In this document: piece after piece, positions 1 to 10,055 of the stretch
Layout: each line of letters begins with the position of its first letter
How positions within the stretch are numbered: position 1 is the stretch's first letter
Source: Hyphochytrium catenoides
Taxonomy: Eukaryota; Protista; Hyphochytriomycota
Assembly (NCBI GenBank): GCA_900088475.1
Contig: FLMG01001764.1
Coordinates: 1-38,434, forward strand
Length of the DNA: 38,434 nucleotides
Reading direction: 5' to 3'
Position numbers and translations under genes: made by a program
Notes under the pieces: model-generated
Told to the model about the DNA's origin: nothing
What the model saw: the letters and a program-made list of their open reading frames with translations, nothing else
Databases searched by the model: none

Positions 1-3000
1 GATAGGTCTGAGGGCAGGAGAGAGAGAACAAAGAACATCATCTCCGCCACTCGAGGCAAGAGGAGTGAGCGTTCCTTGCAGTGCTGGAGGAAGGTAGACA
101 TTGGGAGAGATCTAGGTAACAGGATGTCCTTGAAGGACTGGAAGGCTGATGGATAGAGCGCAATAAGGCCAGAGGACAGCTGTAGGATGAGCTTCAACAA
201 TCGCCCGACCTCCTCTGTCTCTACCAGGCGGTTGCCCTCTATTTGCGCACAGGTCAAGCTTGTGGACTGGTTAACATCGAGGAAATGTTGAATCAGACGC
301 TCTGTCAAGTCTCTGACAACGTGTTCCCTCAAGAGGTTCTTCTCTTCTCCCTGTCCTTCACCCCAGCTATTCTCCTCCGGATCGCTCTTCTCTATGTCAG
401 CTTCCGGGACATGTCGAGCTTCCAGGAGGTTGCGGACCACTCTCAGGACACGATCAACGGACCAAGGCAGACAGCTCGCTTGGAACCAAACGTCATCTTG
501 GTCTTTACCATTCGTTTCCTCTGTGTTTGCCTTCTCTCCAGTGGTCCTGGTTAGCTGGAGACTGTCACTCAGCCAGAACCATAAGGCAGCAGAGAGGAAG
601 CTACCAAGATAGGGCCTCGCAAGAGAGTGATTGTGCTTCTCCATCGCGCTTGGGTGCCCTCCAGAGAGAGAGATATAGCAAGAAGAGTCTCTACGAGTCC
701 TGTCTCCTCTCCACAGTTTGCTCATTGTGTCGATTAGACCAAGCTCCTCTTCGCCTAACGTCTCTGCGATGGAAGAATGGAGCTCAATTCTCAGAGTAGA
801 CCAATGATAGCAAAGGAGAACCATGAGACCTCGGCTACCAGCCACACGCGTCATGAAGGCGCAGGACCTCTCTGACTTCTTGTCTTGTCTTTTCACGGCC
901 ATGAGGACAAGAGTCATTGAACGTCTAGACACGGGATAGAGCTCCCCAACAAGTGCTCTATCCTGCTTCAGCAAATGGTCAACATCCCTTGCTAGCTGTG
1001 CACAGGCTTCTCCGGCCTCCTCCGCCGTCATTGTGCTATCTGCCTGGTTCAGAATTGTGCAATAGAGCTGCAGATAAGCCATCCACATCCTTGGAGTACA
1101 TTCCCTTCCTCTCTCCTTCTCAAGACCTCTTTGCAGACCCAGCTCCATGCGTCTCCAAGCCGCAGAATAGTTCCCGAAGAGTTCTTTTAAAAGAGAGACT
1201 GCGAGCAAGAATCCTGATGGAGCGTGGTCAATAAAGCAAGCCGTTTCACCACTTTCTGCCCTCAAGTCAGCCTTTAAAAGGATATATTCCTCTGTGACAA
1301 TAATGAAGATTGTGGAGGTTAGAGCCATCTGAGTCGTGAAAGCCGGAGCTAACGATGGGTTGCTAAGCAAGAGCTGATGGTGGCTTGCCAGGATAAGGGA
1401 TGAGGTAAGAGAAGCAGCGCTATACTGAGAATCCTCTACGCAACCCAAAGCTAAGGATAGGCATGCAAACTGCAATGGTATAAAGACGAACAGTTCATCA
1501 CTACGGTCGATAAGCAACCGAAGTCATACCTAATTCTCTCACAATGCAAGAGGCGACCTCCCAAGCTACCTTCTCCATATTCCCTTGCAGACTGAGAAGG
1601 AAATTTTTGACAGATTTTCGACGATGAGGCTCTGGACTAGCATTGTCCTGAACGTGGAGCTCGAATTGCAGGAATTGCTGCACGGATAGGGGTTTCTTTT
1701 TCAGGATGTCTGGTCCAAGGTACGGCAACCGAGAGTGAGAACAGAATGGAAAAGTAGTGTACAAGGAACGTCACGCAGACTGCGGAAGCATACCGGCGAT
1801 GAGAGGCATTCTTAGAAGTTGATTTAGAAGATGCTGGTCTTCAACAGTGGCAGCTATGCATCGTATGTGGAACCAGTGCAGAAAGTAAAGCAGTTTGACT
1901 GGAATGAATCCTGGACAGAAGTGATCAGGAGTTATATCAGAGATCGTATCGAAGGAACGACAGCGGCTACTGAGGTGACATGGGCGATAAGTAAGGCCAA
2001 GAGTTTTGAGCGGATTTCAAGCATTGTGGGGAAGGTCAGGTGCGGAAGGGGATCTATAGTATAGGAAAAGCAGCGGAAAGAAGACGGAGGCTCTAACGCA
2101 CTCGAGTTACCTAAGCTATCTCGTGCTGCCACGAGCATTCTGTTTTCCTCGAAGGTCACTTCTGCAAACTGCCAAACCGTGGAGGAGATGTATTTCATAG
2201 AGAACGCGGCGGCAGACCTGATGTCTTTTAAGGTCTTACCCCTTGTACTGCAGAGAGCATCGACGACTTTTCTGCTGAACGCTCGAATGAATGATCGATC
2301 TGATGAAGTCATTTGCGGAGCCAGCTGCTCACTCGTTGGCTGGAGAAGTTTCGGAGGATGGGTTTGAGATAAGGAGAGAGAGCAAATAAGGCCAAAAATG
2401 GCAGCGGTCGTAAGACAGCCTCTAGAGGAATCTCGTTCCCCTTCACCAAGCTGCAACCCTATAAAATGTTCCATTGTCTCAAGCATGTGGCTGAGAAGAG
2501 AGGAAGCTGCCCGTCCTTTCTCGGTCTGGGATGTCTTCGCCTCACCAAATTCGTTGTGCTTCGTCCTCTTGGTGTCTACAAGCAAGTGGACGAGAAGGTA
2601 CCTCGTAGTCCGAGCCCGGGCTGCATTGTTCTGTTTAAAGGCCAGTACTAAGAGTCGGTGAAGGAGGTTGAGGACCAAATAAGCGCAATGAGGGAGCTGA
2701 GCCAAAAGCAACGCTTAGCTATCTCCCCTTGCAGGCGTCACTTGTTTTGGTTTTTAGCTTACCTCTTCCACCTTCAATTCTGCTACCAACTGCGTGAGCT
2801 TAGAGACATCAGAGATATCAGGTTGTTCACCTAAGAAAAGAATGAGTCCGGGGGAGGTGAATGGCAATTAAGCTCCAATGGAGAGGCTAGTCAATCAGCT
2901 TCCAGAATCTGAGGAATGACAACTCATAGCAGAGCAGAGACGAAGTAAGATTAAGCTTGAGAGATGGCCGTGATAGAAAAATTCCTTTTATAGAAAGATT

Positions 3001-5652
3001 TAGGAAGCAGAGCTCGTCGAGAGGTACTAGGTACCATGGAGAAGGCTGTACCTGATGGGCCAGCCGCAATTAGAGTTTGTTCTACCGAACGGAAGGTTGA
3101 CTCAAGTGAGGAAGGAGAAGTGCTTGTCTGGCTATTAGCGCTGTCCTGGGCTTTTTTGGCCCTCTGCAGCAACTCTTCATAGCGCTTGGAGACGCTCTCT
3201 AGCTCTTCCTTGGACACCAAACCTTCGGCCTGTAAGGCCCTAATAAGCTCCACTTGGTATTGGGCAGTGCAAAGTCCATCCTGGGCTTCTTCTAGTTCCT
3301 ATGAAAAGAGGGATGAACGTTTAAACTTTGACTAGTAAGAGGCAGGGCAAGAGATAACATCTGGGAAGGGGGTGCCGGAAGAGAAAGGAACAAAGAGAAA
3401 GACCGCTACTTTTGAGGCGGCATGGAACTGTTGACCACCAGATGCGAGGAGTCCAAGCCATGCCACGGATTTGAGGGAGGTGAAGAACGACCTTGAGCTC
3501 TCTGACGTTGGCTGGCAGAGTAAGCAGCGCCTTTTTTAACTTCAGCCACTTTGCCCTTTGGAAGAGAACAATTTCCTTCACTCTTCGAGGCAAAGCTTTC
3601 GTTCTTGCGAATGAAGCGACTAGTTGCTGGCATTCAGAAGCTATGGGATCAATCAGAGGCTTAAAGCCAGATATATCGGCTGTAGATAGGTCCTCCACCT
3701 ATGAGTATGAGTGAAGACATAGAGGTGAACTTGGAGCACTTGGCGCAGTAGAGCTCGATGCAGACGGTACCGACAGCCTTCAACATGTTATCACATCCTC
3801 CTTGTCCATTCCTCTTCTTAGTCACAGGGCTGCGTCCAATGCCCCTTGCTCCTTCCCTGACCCTTCCTTTGGTATCCGTGCAAATGGTGTTGCCGTCTAT
3901 TGTCACTCTCCGTAAGGCCAGGACGTAATACCTTCCACTCCTGCTCTCGTACTACCTCTACTTTCAACACATCATCAACTGTCTTGGTACGAACCTTAGT
4001 CAGGTCATGAAGCCGGGTGCGCACCAGCGATATGAAGTCCGAGACCTCAGGTGCTTGACAGAGCACCTTCACTGCTTTCTGATGGGCCCGCAGCTTCTCG
4101 ACACAGTCTGTCGGGACACTAAGAGAGAGGCACTCCATCCAGACAATAGTTCTCTTTTTCTGAATGAATGCGTTGTCGTCACTTCTCCAGTTAATGGCTG
4201 CACCTAGTCGCTGTCTCAGCTCCCGCATCGTAAGATTGAAGGACTTCATGCAGGCATCTTCCGACTCCTGGTCGTAAGCCACTTCTTCGATACTTCCACA
4301 GCTCAAGCATAGCTGCAGCCACACCAGATATAGAAAAAACATGCGCAAATTCTCTCCCTTTCGCGGCTCCATGTCCGTAGCAAAATGGTTCCAAAGGAGT
4401 GCGACAAAGACGCTAGCACGCTGTGGATTTCCTTGTTCTATACTCTTGGTGACAGACTTCGATGTCACCTTGTACAAAGCCTGAATGTATGGAAAGAGGC
4501 CCTCCTTCGAAACTGCCTTGGAATAGATACAAGCCAACGTCGAGATGGCGCCTGATAGAGTGATATCGTGGGCTTCAAGGACGTCACAAAGTAGAGCAAG
4601 GACGCACTCACACGACAGATAAAGAAGAAATAAATCTAAGAGCAGAGCAAGAGCCTGAGGACAGACATGGCCCCCACGCTCTACCGCTTCCTGAGGTGGA
4701 AAGCTCTCTTCCAGTGACCATCGCAATAAGCAAGACATTAACTGCTGAACATCGCGGATAGATACGAATGAAGCAGCAGCCTCTACAATCCGTTTGACGG
4801 AGGAATATCCCCCTCGGGCCCCTACGCTGCTGCGGAAGAGCTGCCTATACGTTTCCTCCAGAAGAGCTTGGGAAAGCCTAGATTCGCCTGGCCGTATCGC
4901 CGTCGAGGCGATGGTGTTTAACCATCGCGAGATAAGCCAATGAAGAATCTCTTGCCCTATGGCACATACAGAGCACCCTTCGATGTCCCCAGAATCACAG
5001 ATAAGCAAAGCCTTTAGCTGGTTAGTTAGAGCTGACAGTCGATCCTCATCTGCAGAGAGACCGGATGGGGAGCACCTTAGTCAACAAATGGTGGTCTAAC
5101 CTAAAAAAAACGCGCGGGGTGAAGGTTACCTGACGGCTTGGCAAAGAGGCTCTGGAATTCTGCCAGTCGAGAGCTGCTGAGTAGCCATAGACCAAGGAGT
5201 GAAACTGTTCCACTTGCTAATTTAGCGTGCAGCTTTTCCTGCAGTTGCTGCAGGACCAAAGGTGAGACACTGATAAGTGATAACGCTTCAAGAGACGAGG
5301 CCAATTCGACCACTCGTCTTTCCTGCAAGGACTATAAGGAAAATCATCAGTCCAAGGCATCATGATGGCAAGGGATGGATAGACTGTCGCTTACGTGCTG
5401 TTCTGCGGGCTGGCTGAGTAGCTTGTCAAGGATAGTTTTAGGATCAAGAGAAGGCTTGCCTTTGCTTCCACATGCAGATCTGAGCCGCCCATTGAGGGCC
5501 GAACCTTTCTTATTTACGAGGCTGCTTTGTAAGATGGAGGTACTGACATCTACCTCTAGCGGCTTGCAGTGACGCTTCGTATTGCTGTTGTTGGCCGCCA
5601 CGTCAAGCTGTAACCCTTCCAGCAAATCGAAGACGTGCGGTCGCTTGGGCAT
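1..5652 (-). CDS. Large alpha-helical protein, FANCA-like (Fanconi anaemia group A-like); 3' end lies beyond the window start
   Basis: Phase-consistent GT-AG model with exons 5652-5395, 5331-5130, 5049-3932, 3698-3492, 3298-3052, 2830-2763, 2696-2111, 1910-1794, 1709-1530 and 1435-<1. The last frame stays open to base 1, so it is missing from the ORF track. Total is ~1,470 aa or more. Motifs KKRTIVWMECLSLSVPTD..LRAH..VSDFISLVRTRLHDL, VEDLSTA, LVASFARTKALPRRVKEIVLFQ..KALLT, ELIRALQAEGLV and LSVQQFLQFELHVQ parallel human FANCA as I recall it. The gene is well supported; the FANCA call is moderate. Confidence 0.7.
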
Positions 5653-6703
5653 TACACAGTGCTCTCATGCTTTCTTCCCTGCACAGGGCACAACTCTTTT
5701 TGCTGGCTGATACCGACCAAAGCGCCCCTGAGCCAACGGAGACCCCTATGGCATTTTATCTATTCAGACATCATTCTGAGGACCACTATCAACAGGGGTG
5801 AGCGGACAACACGTCTCCAGCCATCTCTGAACTGAGCTTCAGAGCTAGCTCCATTGGCGGGAACAGCAGTTTGGAAATTTCTTAGCGCGCCACCCCCGCA
5901 CTTGGGAAGCGGTTTGCCGCCAGAAAGCCGTTAGCGGCTACCTCGCGCCACGCCCTTGAACCCAGTAATAAATCTTCAGCTTGTAGCCAACCGGCGCCTG
6001 TGCGTGGCGAGGGCCGCAGCCTCATCAAGGCTTGTCATTGCCGCCTCTCTAGCGCAGAACATGGCCATCGATCCACCTTGCGGAGGCCGTGCACCATCTA
6101 ACGCTCATGAAGGTGCAATGGGCAACAGGGCAGATGGGCTCCAAGATGGGCCTAGCGGTATGTTCTCTTGAGGCGAAACGATCAGACGGTGCCATCACCT
6201 TCGCAAACGTGCGGCGAATCATTACGAGCGGTCTCTGCGTCATCACCGCTTCGAGGGTAAACGTGGCGATGTGGCAACCGCCTGCCCAAAGGAGTGCACT
6301 CAGAAGTAACGACCCTAGTTCGGTGAGCCAGACACACCGAGGAACAAAGTTGAGATAGCCTCGCGTTGCCTTACCAGCGTTTAGCCTCGGTTATTGCGGA
6401 CCAAAACGGTTCCCGTCCTTTCGGATCTACATTGTCCTGTCTCTCCTGTGCGAGTAGAGGCTCTCTCGTCCTGCAGCGCTGTATTGTTCCTTTCTCATCT
6501 GACATATATTGTATATTCTTGTACCAGCACTTAGACCACAGGACCACTATCCTCTTCATCCTAAGGCTGTAAGATTATCGCTGCCTCTCCCACCTTCTAG
6601 TTCCCTCCTCGCGCTATTCCCCGGCGGCTCTGCCTTCATTTTCTCCCTCACAAACATCAGCAGTCTTGTCTCTCTATATTAAGGGTTGCACGTCCTCACG
6701 TTC

Positions 6704-8937
6704 CTACGTTAGACGGGTGAAGAGCATTCTCTCAGTAATCTTGCTGGGTTCATCCGGAAGATCAGCAAAGTCTGCAAAGCGCAGTAGCTCGTCTTTATCC
6801 TCTTCGCCTTCGGAGTCGTCCCGTGGAGTCTCAGGATACAATCCCTCAGTTTGGAGGTCGGCCGACAAGCCTGGACGAGTCGATCCATCGCCCTCTAACT
6901 CCGTTGACTTTCTTTACTAAACGTTCCAAGAAGTCTCCCCTTCCCATCTCCCGTTCGTACTTCACGCTGCATTCTAGCCGGGGAACATTGTACCTGATGG
7001 CAGCGATCTGATCTATCTCTTCTGGTCCCAGATGATTGACACGCTGAAAGTAAGCCTGCTGCTCCTCAGCAGTTCTACATGTCTTCCTGCTTTCCTCTCT
7101 TGCTACACTCGCGGGGTTGAGATGTATCTGGATTAGAAGAGGAGCTAGGGCTCGGTACTCGTGCTGGACTGTAGACCAAGCTAAGGCTGGCTGTAACCGC
7201 ATGTTGGCTAGTAGCGGATGGGTAAGATGGTGCGCCTTGATGCAGAAGCTGGCGAATTCTCCAATCAACTTTGTATAGTTCTCGTCAAAGCTGTCACTGA
7301 GAAGCTTCAGCGCTTTGTGGCACTGCTCCATCAGAGGGCCCTGGCCCAGTTCTAAGAAAGAATGGCCAAATCTTGTCTCTACAGCCTTTCTCATCTCGAA
7401 GAAGAAGGGGTCAGTGTAGAAGGCAAGAGCATGCAGAGGTGAATAGATGCCAGCCAGCCTCTTGTCGAGCAGCGCGTAGATGTCCTCAACAGCTTCGGGC
7501 TCCTCTAGTGACAGATTCTTTCTAACCTGCTTGTCCAACGTTGCTAGGTGGATCTTGCAGTACAGAAAGCAAGCATACACGGAAGATAGAGTCGTTCCTT
7601 CCTGCTCGAGATAGTGCGTGCAACTAGAGATAGGCCCCAAAAGCGCTTCCATTGCTGAGCATCGCTGCCAGAATCTCTCGTCTTCAAGTAGCTGCTTCAC
7701 AGTTTCTACGAGCTCTACGTCTGTCTTCAGCAAGGATCCATCACAAGCTGACCTGCTGGAAAGCCGTGTGGCCGCCGGCCGAACCCTGTTGAGCCTCTCA
7801 AACATCCGGACTGAGGTAGCCCAACGGGTCCTGGTAAAAAGAGCCAGGTTAATAGGCTTCCCTAGCTCCTCCTGGCAAATTCGTCGCAAGAGATCCTGGA
7901 GAGGAGAGGTCTCTTCAATGTGCCTTGTCACAGAAATCGCCTCTTTGAGGCTCCGGAATGGCTCTGGAAGCTTCAAGATGTCCACTACGACGTCGTTGAG
8001 GTTCTGAGACGCACAGCCATAGACTATGACAAAGGGCTTATCCTCTGGTGGGGACTGACGCATTTGGCGGACAACGGCGGGAGAGTCAGAAACGAAGCTC
8101 CATAGGATTCTGGGCCTATGCGCCTTCACTTCTCCAATGGCTTCCAATAGCTGGGTCTTAACCTCTACTAGTTGAGGGAGCAGACTATCTGCCAACCCAT
8201 TGTTTTGCCTGACTCTCAGGTGTTTAAGGAAATAATGCTCGGGACCACACGCCTCCAGCTTGAACACCTGTTGGCCGCGACGACTGCTGAGCGCCGTCCC
8301 AGCAGACAGACAGATTGTGCTCCACGACTTGATCTTTACCATTGTGTCGTCCATCACGGTCCGATACTCAGCTTGCAGGAGCTCCCCTCGAATCCGGGCG
8401 GCTCCGGGCAAAGTGTAGCCAGGCATTAGCGAGCCAAAGAAGTCTAACCAGAGTGGGTCCTCGAACGCATTGAAGGGAATGCCCGTACAGCATATGGCTC
8501 TCGCCAGCCTCCGGTCTAACGACAGCTCTCTCTGAGAAGAGATGGTCTTCGTTGCCGCAAATGCTGCTGTGGCGCCACTATTATGAGAGCGTCCTTCCCT
8601 TCTTTCATTAGACTTTTGCCTCTTTGCTGCTTTTTGCCTGTGGCATCGTTCAGGTTCACTTCTGCCAGGACCAGGTCCGTTGGACCGTCTAGCCTTTCGG
8701 ATCAGCTAAGAGGCTGGCATTTGACGAAGATGACGAGCTCTGCGTGTGGAAGAGCAGCGTTTGCCTTTCATCGCCCTGGTCTCTCTTTGGACACTTAAGG
8801 AGGTGCTGGCGGAGGCGGCCAATCAAAGCGACAACGTCTTTCCCACAGTGTTTGCAATCAACTCGCCAGCCTTTGGTCCCGCATTTATGATACTTCGCAC
8901 CGAACTCCGCCCAAGCGACATGTGCCGTTGGCGGCAT
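6704..8937 (-). mobile_element. hAT-superfamily (BED zinc finger + DUF659/RNase H-like) transposase-derived gene, probably inactive or domesticated
   Basis: BED finger AWAEF..VDCKHC..RLRQHLLKC lies in 8937-8689. The core frame is open 8705-6846 and contains LARAICCTGIPFNAFEDPLWLDFFGSLMPGYTLP, FVSDSPA, GCASQNLN, TRWAT, HALAFYTDP and NPASVAREES. An acidic tail sits in the +1 frame at 6913-6704. No convincing TIR/TSD pair was found. Confidence 0.85.
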
Positions 8938-9223
8938 TGTGCTCTGCTGGGTGCTTTGCTCCGTGCTATGCCTCTACCTTGAGAGCTATCTGGCTCTATG
9001 AGTAAGCAGGTCGAACGAAGAAGAAGCACCACTCCTATCGCGACAGCCTCTATCCACAGGCAGACCAAGCACAGACGTAAGATTTGACATAAGAACCTGG
9101 AGGGACGAAGTGGCACTCAACGAAGCTATTAGGCAAGCACAAGGACTGCAGCAGGACCATAAGTGTGATCGAGTCCCCAGCGCCAGTTTACATTTGCGGC
9201 TGGTGTTGCCGCGGCTTTATTGA

Positions 9224-9345
9224 TGGTGCCTGTCGCCTTCTGTCTGCTGCTGTTGCCTGGCTGGCCCCTTGGTGGTGCCCACTGGCCTTCTGCCTGCTGC
9301 TGTCCCTGGCAGCCCCTTACTGGTGCCTCTGCCCCGCTGCTGGTG
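9224..9345. repeat. Degenerate ~49-bp tandem repeat (about 2.5 copies)
   Basis: Units begin tggtgcc at 9224, 9273 and 9321. Compare gccttctgtctgctgctgttgcctggctggcccctt (9235) with gccttctgcctgctgctgtccctggcagcccctt (9285). Confidence 0.7.
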
Positions 9346-10055
9346 CGGCTGCTACTGTTGCTGCCAGGAAGAAGCCTTCAATAGCTCGTCCGATCTTACA
9401 ATCCAACGCTGATCTCTTCCCCAACCAGTTTCCCTTCCCTCACATCAATTGTTAGATAATGTGTCTTTCCAACTTCAAACCAGTGCATGGTGCATTTTAT
9501 TACATTTATACCAGGTTTAACCCCTTCAAACAGGGTTATTTATAGGATATCTAACATTAACACAGTTTTAAACCAACCCCAAATCTGGCCTCAATCTGTC
9601 AATCTGCCTCTCCTCAAACTCATCAGGGCCTGGTCATCCAGCCAGCCTCATCACCGTGCTGTCCTTAGCGGGCATCAGGCACTCGAGGCACGCTCATCAG
9701 CAGTACTCGCTCGTGACTGACGATGGAGATCTCTGGCAGGCGGCAAGCAGCCCTAGCAGCATTGTACCTGCCTCTTAGAGCGAAGATGGCGATTAGAACG
9801 AGCACGCAGACCGCTGCTATGAGAGGTGCTAGGCCAGGCTGCGGTAAGATTTCTAGGAGCGGGTTGTGCTCTGCAGACGAGCTAGGCAACGGCTGGTATG
9901 TCCTAGAATAAGTCCTAGGGATTGGTCTATGTCTCTCCCCATTGTCGGTCTCATAAATAGTGAAAGCCCTTGACGTCGGGCCAATAGATAGAAAGAGGTC
10001 CAACAGTAGATAAAGAGGTTCTCCTTTCCAGAGCACGGCCGGCCCACCTGACCTG

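Noticed and set aside
243-2661. Plus-strand ORFs over the first 2.7 kb
   Set aside because: They are antisense shadows of the long minus-strand FANCA-like exons and show no recognisable motifs.
9224-9345. CRISPR-like array
   Set aside because: The context is eukaryotic, and the units are degenerate and adjacent with no unique spacers.
5860-9600. Intact terminal inverted repeats and an 8-bp TSD around the hAT gene
   Set aside because: Only 6-7-bp partial matches were found by eye, which is not enough to call an autonomous element.
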